Source: the human T2T-CHM13v2.0 reference genome, Homo sapiens. Taken from it: a DNA stretch of 64,000 nucleotides. The DNA lies in NCBI RefSeq assembly GCF_009914755.1, contig NC_060939.1. One strand, 5' to 3'. Of this stretch, positions 42,370 through 55,299 are shown piece by piece. A program made the position numbers and the translations under genes. Each line of letters opens with the position of its first letter. The first letter of the stretch is position 1. Under the pieces are notes generated by a model, which was given only the letters and a program-made list of their open reading frames with translations, did no database searches and had not been told where the DNA came from.

Positions 42370-42659
42370 TTTTTTTTTTTTTTTTTTGAGATGGAGTCTC
42401 TGTTGCCCAGGCTGGAGTGCAGTAGTGAGATCTTGGCTCACTGCAACCTCTGCCTCCTGGGCTGAAGTGATTCTCATGTCTCTGCCTCCCGGGTAGCTCG
42501 GATTACAGGTGCCCGCCACCATGCCCGGCTAATATTTTTAGTAGAGATGGGGTTTCACCATGTTGGCCAGGCTGGTCTTGAACTCCTGATCTCAGGTTAT
42601 CTGCCCATCTCGGCCTCCCAAAGTGCTGGGATTACTGGTGTGAGCCATTGCGCCCAGCC
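42370..42659 (-). mobile_element. AluS-like
   Basis: Reverse Alu with poly(T). Confidence 0.92.
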
Positions 42660-43465
42660 TTCTGATGCTCTTTCTTAAGTTTCTGTTTATTTTAACTGAT
42701 GTGTTGATAATAGATCTTTCATCAGATTAAATATATTCCTTTAGATACTTCACGTTGTTTTTAATTATGAAAGATAATTTAATTTTTTCTATATTTACTA
42801 AATGAGAATAAAGTTTTTTGGTTGTTGTTACTTGTGAGCTGTAAGAATTGTGCAAATGTTAAACTAACTTCAGATTCCAGAAATGAGTCCAAGTTGGTCA
42901 TGATATTTAGCATTCTTATAAATTGCTGGATATTATCTGATATATATTTATTTATACCTCTTTTTATCAAAGAGATTGTCCAGAACATTTTCTTTTTTGC
43001 AATTTCCATTTAGATTTTGGTATTGCAGTTTGGCTTTAGAAAAATGTTGGAAAATATTTCTTTATTCTTTGAAGAATATGTAAAGTATTTGTTTTATGTC
43101 TTTCTAAAATGTTTTATGGAATCCAGGCCTAGAGTTTTCTCCATTAATTTTAATTATGGATCCAATTTTGTTAGTAGTAATGGTATTCATATTTGTATTT
43201 TTAATGCATCAGTTGTGAGAAGTGTGTTTTTCTAGGAACTTCTTCATTTCACCCAAACTGTCAAATTTTGGCATTAATTTTTTATAATTTTTAAAAGTAT
43301 ATTTTAATATTTATAGGATCTGTAGTGATTACCCTTTTAAAATTCATAATAGCAATTATGTATACCTTCCCTACCTTCCCTCCTTTGTTCCTGATCAATC
43401 TGGTCAGGAGTGAATCATTTTTATTTATCTTTTCATACCAACTTTTGGCCTTTTCTATTGGATGT

Positions 43466-43888
43466 TGCTATAATTTGAATATTTGACCTTCCAAACCTCT
43501 GTTGAAATCTGATCCCCAGTTTTCAAGGTGGAGCCTAAAGGGCAGTGTTTGGGTTATGGGGGCATATTTCTCGTGAAAAGATTAATGCCCACCCTAGGAG
43601 GGAGGGAGAGAGGCAGTTCTCCCTCTGTTTGTTCCCAGGAAAGCTTTTTAAAAAGAGCCTGGCGCCTCCCTCTCTTCTCTCTTGCTTTCTTTCTCACCAT
43701 GTGATCTCATCACACACGGGCTCCCCCTCCCCTCCCACCTTGAGTGGAAGCAGCCTGAACCCTCCCCAAATGCAGATGCTGGCACTCTGCTTCTTGTACA
43801 GCCTCCAGAACCGTGAGCCAAATAAACCTCTTCTCTTTATAAATTATCCAACTTCAAGTATTCCTTTATAGCAACACGAATAGAGACA
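43466..43888 (+). mobile_element. MST/MLT1A-type (MaLR) solo LTR
   Basis: tgctataatttgaatatttg...cagcctccagaaccgtgagccaaataaacctcttctctttataaattatcc...gaca. Imperfect TSD gatgt/gctgt. Confidence 0.85.
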
Positions 43889-43920
43889 GCTGTTATTTTA
43901 AATTTATTTCTGCTCTTATT

Positions 43921-44254
<334 letters not shown>

Positions 44255-46494
44255 TAATATGTTTTCCTTTTTGTAAATTTTTTTATAATTAGGCTTTTTC
44301 CGTGTGTATGTAATTTTCAGTTCCCATCAGATCATAACTTTGGCTGTCTCCTGAAGTATTGATGTGGCATATTTTTTATCATTCAGTTTAAAATATTTTA
44401 AAATTTCTTTTGTGCATTCTTCTTTGACTCAAGAGTTATTTAGAAGTATGCTTTCTAACTTTCAAATATTTTGAGATTTTACAGGTTTCTTTTTTCTTAT
44501 TCTGTGAGGTTTTTGCTTGTATGTTTTTTGTTTTTGATTTTCAGCTTAATTCACTATACTCTGAGATCATACTCTTTATTTCTTTGTTACCCAATCGACA
44601 TATATTCTGCCTTGTAGGGGACAGTGTTTTCAGTGTGTGGCCGTGTAACTTTAAACAGTGTTAAAAACAGGGGATTCTTTAAGTCTTCTGTATATGTACC
44701 CGTTCTTTTCAGTTGCTTTTTAAAAATCACTGCTGAGAGAAGTGAGTAAAGCCCTTCCATGATGATTGGAGATTTTTCTGTTTCTCTCTTAAGTTCTGAT
44801 AATTCTGACAATTTATATACACTTGAATCTAATTATTTAAAAGATACTACAACTTTGGAATTATTCAGAAATTTGGAATTATTAATTATTTGAAATATGA
44901 AATTACTATATCTTCTTAGTAAATTATGAGATACATCTCTTTATCTCTAGCAAAACTTTTTGCTTTAAAGTCTGGTTTATCTGATATTAATATGACTATA
45001 TTGGCTTTATTTTGGTTAGTGGCCAAATGGTCTATCTTTTCTCATCCTCTACTTTCAAACTTTCTAAATCCTTGCTTTTAATGTGTATTTCCTTCAACAG
45101 CACATATGGAAGTCATCTTTAGCACCTTTGCATGGTTACTTTAGAATTTCATGTATCCTGACATATCAAAGTCTAAGATAAATAATTACTTTTACAAATT
45201 TCCAGACAAATGTTGATAAACTTGTGACTTCAGTCTCACATGAGTCTCACTTTTCCCAAAACAATTAGTTGTGATCTGAGCGGTAACTCTAGTCCACAAT
45301 TCTTATGATTTGTAGGAATTACCTGCTTGATGTAATGGGCCGTAAGACTTGCTTTTGGAGGGTGATCATGACCCTGCTTCTACTGAGCTTTCTATGGAGC
45401 TGGGTAAGCTCCCCATTGTGTTTTTTCATAGCTAAAACATAAATGCTCACCAGCTTTACACAGAATTGGCCAGCTGGAGCTCATAAAACACAGAGGATGT
45501 GGTGCACACTCCTCATTTATTATCAGAATATGGATGCATCTATTAAAGGTCAATTCATTTTCTTTCTTGATCTCACAATCACATAAAGAAAAAATTAAAA
45601 CATTTCTAAATGTAACCTGCATTAGAATAGGTATAAAACTAGAATAGAAACTTCTATTTCTGGAAATATAATGGGATTCTCTAAATGGCTACCTACACAA
45701 TGAAAGTAAATCAAGGATAAATTATGACAGACCTATACCATGTAGTGATGTGCTTCATAGAAAGTAAGTGAAATTCCCAAGGGTGAATGTTGAAGGAAAC
45801 AACGAGCTGGATCTGCTGAGTAGTTACCTCGGAGACATGGAAGACTATGCATTGGACCCAAGGAAAGTGGGGGCCCAACTGGATATTTCTACATTCAATT
45901 AGGACACGTAAATTCTTACAATCGCAGTGAAGGGGAGGGCCAGCTAAAAAGCTGCTTTCCAGAAAAGAGAGTTTTTTAGGAAACTTGTTTCTGCTGTGGC
46001 TTCTGAAGAAAAGAAGAAAAAGGAAAGGAGAAGGAGGAGAAGAGGAACAGGAGGAGGAGGAGAGTCTATGATGAATATGTGAGGCTGTAGAACTGCCTTG
46101 GAGTTTGGAAATCAACTCTACACCAACCTCTTGGTCAGAGAAAAATCAAAAACGATGACAAAAAATTAGATTAAAGTAAATCCAGGTCGGTAAACCCAAC
46201 ACAAGCAGAAAAAATAGAAATCCTCATGGAAGAAAAGTATTCCCAATTGCAACTTGCAGAATTTACATACATAAGTACACAATTACCCAACACCAAGTAA
46301 ACGAGGCATCATCACAGAGGCAGTCAATGGGAGAAACAAATTAGACCCACAAAAACTTCAGGTACCGGAATATTCAGACATCTAGATAAAATAGCCATGC
46401 TGACATTACTATGTATTTTAAATACAAAATTATATATATGATTTATGTCTATATGCACATAATTATTGTATTTAGAATATATATAAATGTTAGA

Positions 46495-46897
<403 letters not shown>

Positions 46898-47278
46898 TTA
46901 TCCATAGCTTAAATAAATGAGACAGCATGAAGGAAAATTCACAAACTGGCAAGTAAAAATAAATGTAGCACGGAAAAGCAAGTTGGAAATATGTGAAATT
47001 AAGAAATGTGGATGACAGAGTGAGAAGTCCTAATGATAGCTCATTAATATGCTGGAATGAGAAAATAAGTAGAACAAGGGAGCAGTCCAGATTTTTAAAA
47101 CTGTATTAGAAACCACAAAATCATAGAATAGAAAAGCATACAATACATTCCACATAGAAAAGCATCTAAAAATGTACACTGAGACACACTGAGTATACTC
47201 AAAAAACACTAAAAGAGAGACAAAGAAAGAGAGAAGGGGAGGGTCTTACCAAGATATTTTTCAGATTGAAAAAAATCC

Positions 47279-47281
<3 letters not shown>

Positions 47282-47337
<56 letters not shown>

Positions 47338-47344
47338 ACACACA
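47282..47344. repeat. Long (CA)n microsatellite
   Basis: About 25 uninterrupted CA units plus an interrupted tail. Likely polymorphic. Confidence 0.96.
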
Positions 47345-47659
47345 AGCATGTAATCCAGCAGACATATACTAAGGAAATCTAAACAATGAACTTCAGCAGA
47401 GAAGAGGAAGAAAAAAGACTCCAGGAAAAAGATTTTCGATAGTAAAAATAGTGAAAGAAAAGGTAAAACTTTAAAAAATACTGTGTAGAAATCACAGTAA
47501 TAATAGTGTCTAATCCATGGTGTTATAAAAAAGAGGGATTTAAAATAGTGACTGGAAATGACAGTGTGTCCAGTCAAGGATGATAGGTGCTCAGATTTTA
47601 AAAGCACTTAAGTTAATCAGACAGAGGGTGGACTCTTGATGAATTTTTGACTCTTAAAA

Positions 47660-47977
47660 TTTATTTTTTTATTTTTATTTTTTGAAATGGAGCCTTGCTC
47701 TGTCACCCAGGCTGGAGCACAGTGGCATGATCTCGGCTTGGCTCACTGCAACCTCCGCCTCCTGGGTTCAAGGGATTCTTGTACCTCAGCCTCCAGAGTA
47801 GCTGGGACTACAGGCACCCGCCACCACACCCAGATATATATATATATTTGTATTTTTAGTAGAGAGGGGGTTTCATCTTGTTGGCCAGGCTGATCTCGAA
47901 CTCCTGACCCCAGGTGATCCGCCTGCCTCAGCCTCCCAAAGTGCTGAGATTACAGGCGTGAGCCACCGCACCCAGCC
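47660..47977 (-). mobile_element. AluS-like
   Basis: Reverse Alu with (TA)n in the linker. Confidence 0.9.
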
Positions 47978-48181
47978 AGACTCTGAAAATTTAAATGGAA
48001 AAACACTTAGTAGAGAAAAAATTCTTCAATTTGTTAGAGGAAAAATAAATGGAATCGGGAAAAAGATAAGAAGGGAAGAATAAAAACGACAGAGCAAATA
48101 AAAACATGAAATAAGATGGGAGAAAGTATAAAAATGAATGCAAATGTATACTTGATCATTATCACTGCAAATAGTGTAAAC

Positions 48182-48399
48182 CAGGGGTCAGAATTTTTTT
48201 TTCTGTAAAGAACCAGGGAATAAGTATTTTGGGTTTTGCAGACCAGTTGATTTCTGTCACAATTATGCACCTTTGTCATTGCAGCAAGAAAGCATCCATG
48301 GACAATGTACAAATGAACAGCTGTCTTCCAATAAAACCTTGTTTATAAAACTAAGCAGTGGCTGGATTTCACCAACGGGCCATGGTTTACTGACTCCTG
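48182..48399 (+). mobile_element. MER58A-like hAT DNA transposon
   Basis: caggggtcagaatttttttttctgtaaag...tggatttcaccaacgggccatggtttactgactcctg, with CAGG..CCTG termini. Confidence 0.8.
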
Positions 48400-48730
48400 T
48401 TCTTAACTTATTTTAAAAATGCGGAAGTTAAAATTGGGAACAAGGCAAGGATGTCCTCTTTTACCACTTCCATTTAATTTCCTACTGAAAGTCCTAGCAA
48501 GTGCAAAATGGCAAAACAGGGAAATAAAAGGTATGCAGATTGTGAAGAAGAAATAAAATAGTCTTTGTACATAGATTCCACATTGCAACTGATATTTGAG
48601 AAACTGCCGGTTTCTTAAATCTTAAATGTTTTAAACACACACACATGCACACACCCTGTAACTATGTGAGGTGATGGACAGGTTAGATTGATTGTGGTAA
48701 TTATTTCACAATACATATTTATATCACATT

Positions 48731-49139
48731 GGGCTGGGGGCAGTGGCATGTTCCTGTAGTCCCAGCTACTCCAGAGACTGAGGTGGGAGGATCGCTGCAG
48801 ACCAGGAGTTCAAGGTTGCAGTGAGCTATGATGGTGCCACTGCACTCCAGCCTGGGAGGCAGAATGAGGCTGTGTCTCTCAAAAAAAATAAAAAAAAAAA
48901 TGAGGCTGAGGTGGGTGGATCACGAGGTCAGGTGTTCGAGACCATCCTGACCAATATGGTGAAACCCCATCTCTACTAAAAATACAAAACTTAGACAGAC
49001 ATGGTGGCGCACGCCTGCAATCCCAGCTACTCAGGAAGCTCAGGCAGGAGAATCACTTGAACCCAGGAGGCAGAAGTTGCTGTGAGCAGAGATCATGCCA
49101 CTGCACTCCAGCCTGGGTGACAGAGTGAGACTCCATCTC

Positions 49140-49169
<30 letters not shown>
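48731..49169 (+). mobile_element. Tandem FLAM-like monomer (48731-48900) plus 5'-truncated AluS (48902-49169)
   Basis: Two Alu units, each ending in poly(A). Confidence 0.88.
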
Positions 49170-49171
<2 letters not shown>

Positions 49172-50153
49172 AGAGAGAATCAAGTGGAAGGTCCTTGTTG
49201 AATGCCTGGGACATTCAATGGAGTCACCACAGGAGACACATATTAGAGTGGGCTAAACTGGTTCTAGAATAAAGCTATTATAAACCTGCTGTAACAAAGC
49301 TTGAAAACAAGCTTCTAAAAGATCCACCTGAACTTCAAGTAATTTAAATTCCTGCCAGCATGAGGTACAACCTTCTTGAAAGGAAGACAACCAAACCTAG
49401 ACACTCAACAACAGGATATGAACAATGTGTAACCTCCAATACGAAAAATTAGCAGAAGTGACAAGAAGCAGAAAAATGTGGTTCATAATCAGAAGAAAAA
49501 TCAGTCAAGCAGTCAACATAAATAGAACCAAAAGATGACAAAGTTAGCAGGCAATGGCTTTAAAATAGCTATGATAAATATGCTCTTAGATTTAAATATG
49601 AAAATAACAAGGAGAGACATGAAATATATTAAGGAAAAAAACAAAACTTCCACAGATGAAAAATGCAATGCCTGAAGTGAAAAGCACATTGAATAGGCTC
49701 AATAGCAGTCCAGACACTGCAAAAGAAAAGATCAATGAACTTGAAGAAAGAGAAATAAAAAGTATCTAAAGTGAAGTACAGAGGAAAAAAAAACTGACCA
49801 AACCTCAGTGACCTATGGGGACAATAGAAAGCAGAAATGGAAGAGGCAGAAAGAAAGATGTAAAAAAAAAAAAAAAAGTATAAAAATTTTCCAAATTTGA
49901 TGAAAACTATAGGCTAACATATCCAAGGCTCAAAGAATTCCAAAACAGAATAGAAAAAAGAAAGAATAAAGGAAAGAAAAATACACCAAGTCACAAATTC
50001 TAATTGAAATACTAAAAAAAAAATGATGAACATCTTGAAATCAGACACAAGAAAAAGACATATTGCGTATAGAGAAATAAAGAGGAGAATGACAGCAGGC
50101 TTCATGTTAGAAAAAATGCAAGCCAGAAGACAGTGGAACAGGGCTTTAGCGTA

Positions 50154-50626
50154 CAGTCATGGGTCACTTAATAATAGAAATACGTTCTGAGAAATATATC
50201 ATTAGTTGATTGGTGTCATTGTGTGACTATCACAGAGTGTATTTACACAAACCTAGATAGTATAGCCTACTACACACCTGGGCTGTATGGCATAGCCTAT
50301 TGGCATTAAAGATAAAAAATGAAACACCTGTTTAAGGCACTTGCCGTGAGTGGAGCTTGCAGGACTGGAAATTGCTCTGGGTGATTCAGTGAGTGAGTGG
50401 TGAGTGAATGTGAAGACCCAGGACATTACTGTAGACTTTTTAAACACTGACTATACACTTAGGCTACACTAAATTTAAAAAAAACTAAGTAGTTGTGCTA
50501 TGACATTACAATGGCTATGATGTCACTAGCTAATAGGAATTTTTCAGCTCCATTATAATGTTATAGGATCACCATTGTATATTCATTCTATCGTTGACTG
50601 AAATGTCATTTTACATTGTATGACTG
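50154..50626 (-). mobile_element. Tigger3-family DNA transposon
   Basis: cagtcat...tgactg termini flanked by TA; taggaatttttcagctccattataat core. Confidence 0.8.
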
Positions 50627-50634
50627 TATTTGTT

Positions 50635-50985
50635 TCTTGACCAATGGGTTCACATCCTGATAAATCCATTGCAAGCTGAAACTATCATAAGTCGAAAATG
50701 CATTTAATATACCTAACCTACGAAACATCATAGCTTAGCCTAGCCCACCATAAACGTGTTCAGAACATTTACGTTAGCTTATAATTGGGCAAAATAATCT
50801 AAAGCAACACCTATTTTATAATAAAGTGTTGAATATCTCATGCAATTTATTGACTACTTACTGAAAGTCAAAGACAGAATGGTTGATGGGTACTTAAAGT
50901 ATAGTTTCTCCCGAAACATCACTTTTTGCTCCATCATAAAGTCAAAAATCATAAGTTGAGCCATTGTAAGTTGGTGAACATCTGT
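50635..50985 (+). mobile_element. Tigger4-family DNA transposon fragment
   Basis: aagtcgaaaatgcatttaatatacctaacctac...catcatagcttagcctagcc...aagttggtgaacatctgta. Confidence 0.75.
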
Positions 50986-51249
50986 ACATATAAAAATATC
51001 TGTATATACAGATACATACAGATACATTCAAAAATTTTCAGAATTTTGGAATTCTATACTGAGAAAAAGTATCTTTAAAAAGTGAAAAATGAAAGAAAAA
51101 CGTTTTCAGAGAAATAAGTTTGTAGAACTCATCATAGAACACCTGTGCTGCAGGAAGTAACGAAGGGTTTTCTATGAGCAGAATTAAAGTCATATCCAAT
51201 AAAATTTTTTTCTCATTTGAAAACCTATTTTAAAAATAATTGATTGTTC

Positions 51250-52140
51250 TACAAGGAACTCAATCAAAACAGCAAGAAAAACAAATTATCCCATTCATAT
51301 GAGGGCAAATGACATCAAGAGACATGTTTTAAAAGAAGATGTACAAATGGACAATGAACATATGAAAAAATGCTCGACATGATTAATCATCAAGGAAATG
51401 AAAATTAAAGGCGCAATAAGATACCACTTTACTCCTGCAGGAATAGCCCTTATTAAAAAGTCAGCAAACAACAGATGTTGGCAAGAATGTGATGAAAAGG
51501 GAGTCCTTATACACTGTTGGTAGGAATGTGAATTAGTACAAGCTCTACAGAAAACAGGACAAAGGTTTCTCCAAGAACTAAAAGTAGATCTACCATTCGA
51601 TCCAGCAACTCCATACTGTGTATCTACCTAAAGGAAAAGAAGTCACTAAATCAAAAAGACCTGTATATATATGTTTATCACAGCACAATTCACAATTGCA
51701 AACATATGGAATCAACTTAAGTGCCCATCAACTGAGTGGATAAAGAAAATTTGGTGCATATATATACCATGGAATACTGCTTATCCATAAAAAAGGATAA
51801 AATAACATCACTTGCAGCAGCTTGGATGGAACTGGGGGGCCATCATCCTAAGTAAGTAACTCAGAAACAGATAACCAAATACTGCATGTTCTCACTGATA
51901 AGTGGGAGCGAAGCTGTGGGTATGCAGGGACATCCAGAGTAATGAATGCTGGAGACTTAGAAGGGAGAAGGATGGGAGGGAGGTGAAAGATTACCTACTG
52001 GATGAAAAGTTACCTACTGGGCACAATGTACACTATTTGGGTGATAGATGCACTAGAAGCCTCGACTTCACCACTGTCCAATTCATCTATGTAACCAAAA
52101 ACAACTTGTGTCCTTAAATCTACTGAATGTTTTTTTAAAA
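51250..52140 (+). mobile_element. LINE-1 3' end (L1PB-like)
   Basis: End of ORF2 and L1PB-type 3' UTR (cactagaagcctcgacttcaccact...gtaaccaaaaacaacttgt). Confidence 0.85.
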
Positions 52141-52365
52141 AGAAAGGACATGTCAACAAGAGTTGGCACCTTGATATTCTACATTCACAAACTAAAAACA
52201 AAAAAAAAAAGAAATTGATTGTTAAAGTAAAATATAAGTCACTGAATGCAGAAGTCATATGTGTGATAACAGGAGTGAATAGGACAGGAAGAAAAAAAGA
52301 AGTATATTATTGTAAGTTGCATGCACTACACTGTACATGAAATGGTATTATGTTAATTAAAGTTA

Positions 52366-52701
<336 letters not shown>

Positions 52702-53089
52702 TTATGATGAGTTAAAGATGCCTGCTGTAAACCCTAGAGCCATCACAAAATAAAATGAAATATGGCAAAATAGAGATATGATAAATAAAACACTAAAGAA
52801 GATAAAATAGATACAATGAAATTAGAAAAAAATTTAGTATCATTTTAAAAGCCCCATATGCCTCTATTTTCCTAGTTACATAAAGGAGGCAAAGTGTGAA
52901 AAAGAATAGACCATGTTCTTCTAAGGACCCATGTCAGGTGTCAGTAGAATGGAGGTGATGCAGGAGGGTGGGAACGGATGCCCCATGTTTTTAAAGCTGT
53001 GGGGTGTCTTCTCTTTTTATTTTTTTAAATCCAGAAATGTAGATCTGTTCATTCATCCATTCATTGATGTAAAATCTGGTTTCTGAGGT

Positions 53090-53722
53090 GTCAGCTTGAT
53101 GACTGATACATGTATACTTCACCACCACAATCACATGCACTCACATTTCCATCACCTCGCAGAGCTGCCCTCTTTTGTGTGTGTGATGAGAACCCATAAG
53201 ATCTACCCTCTTAGCAAGTGTGAAGTATATATCGCAGTGTTGTTAGCTGTAGTCACAATGTTGTATAGTAGATCCCCAGAACTTATTCATCTTGCATAAC
53301 TGAAATTTTGTACCCTTTGACCCACATCTCCCCGTCTCTCCTTCTCCCAGCCCGTGGCAACCACTATATACCCAGTAACCCCCTTTCTGGGGATATAGTC
53401 AAAGGAAATAAAATCAGTATCTGAAAGAGAGATCTGAACTGTCATGTTCATTTTGGCATTTTTTACAATAGCCAAATAATGGAACAACCTAAGCATCTGC
53501 CAATGGATAAATGAATAAAGAAACTGTGAGATACGTACACACACACACGCACACACACACACACACACGTATATGTATAACATACATATACGACAGTATA
53601 TTATTTAGCCCTAACAAAGAAGGAAATCCTGCCATTTTTGACCACATGGATGAACCTGGAGAACATGCTTGGTGAAATAAGCCAAGCACAGAAAGACAAA
53701 TAGCACATGATCTCACTTATAC
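53090..53722 (-). mobile_element. L1MA/MB 3' fragment with 5' inversion
   Basis: 53090-53367 is L1 3' UTR on the minus strand. 53370-53722 is the immediately upstream consensus segment on the plus strand. Confidence 0.7.
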
Positions 53723-55299
53723 CATGGCACTGTGTTCATGTCTCAGCCACATTTACCACACCCAACCACGCAAACACAGCCACTGTCTCAGTTCCTGCCC
53801 CTGACCGGGGTACAGGGTGGGTGCTCTGTGAACACGTGTTCTACTCATGGCCCAGCTTCCCCACCTTCAGCTATTTTAGGCTCTGACACTGGAAATGAAA
53901 TTCTTAAGAAGCCCGGGCCAAGGCCGAGGTTGTGTGGAACTAGGGTGCCCTCTACTGTCTTCCACAACGATCACGACATTGCTTAATTTCATTCAATGAA
54001 GAGAAAATGCTAATGAAACAAATGGGAATTCAACGGATAGCCTATTATTTCTCAGCACAAATACAGAATTCTATAGTAAAACAAAAATCATTGAAATGGT
54101 AGTAAGCACTCTTCTAGCAATGTGAGTTTCTGTAAGGTTCTGATGGGCCTTACGATTTCACTGTCCCCTCAGGGCAGTCCATCTAAAGTGAGGCTATGTT
54201 ATGTTACATAAACACTAGGAGGAGAGAGAGTGGCATACCGTTTCATTACAGGGAAGAGAAAAGAATTTAAGCAACATGCTGAAATACAATGTTAAAGAAT
54301 GACTCTAACTTAAAATGATTTTTATATATTCAATAATATGTGTTGTGTGGACATAAAGCTGATAGAAAGTGTACCAAAAAAAGTGGAAGTTTTAAACATA
54401 ATCCATCAAAAGAACATATTTCCTTACAGCTGACATTTCTTTTATTATTAAGAATTAATGTCTATAACCCTCGCTAATACAAAAATCATCCCTTGTTTAT
54501 ATACATTTATTTTTGCAAACTCACACCGAATGACTTTGTGTGACAAGCTGTGAAGTTTAAAATTTACCAATTCTTCCAACTCTTTGATTTGCATTATGCT
54601 GTTTAATCCTGAGAGAAGAGCAGCTGTCGCTGGTATTAGGTGTTAGAATTCCAACACCTAATAGGTGAAAATTATATTAGGCTGATCATAAAACCATGTT
54701 GTTAACTTTTTAAAATTTAATGTCTCCCAAGGAATTTCACCCTAGTGGTACATCTTTTGGGAAATTAGAAAATGAAGAAATGCATACGTTCAGTGATCCA
54801 TTTTAGAATTAGAAAATTCAAATTAGCATCTTATTTCATTCATATTTCCTGAAGAACCACTGGAAACAGTTATTTAATAGTGTGCCTAAATGTATATTCA
54901 GAGAAACACTTCCTGTATATTTGCACATTTATGTATATTTATGTCCTATTCCTGGAATAGATTTACAAGTTTTGTTTTTCAGAAAATTTCAGAATTTCTG
55001 GAATGTGCAGAAGTATTAACAGGTAACTTAGATTTGGAATACACTGTATTAGAGATAACTGGAAAAATGAGAGGCTTCCTACACTGGAAGGTCAAAGATC
55101 TTTCCTGGAGGGGAGTTAGGAATTTGCCTTTACTTACCATTATTCTGTTAAAAGAGATTATGAATAATGCAGTTTCACAAAAGGAATGGGACAATGGTGT
55201 AAGTAAACCTCCCCATCACGTTTTCAGTGGCTTTCCTTTGAGTCTTGAACGTTTTCCACTGGGTGTTATAGTCGAGAGTCCCCCACCTCCTGAGGAAGC

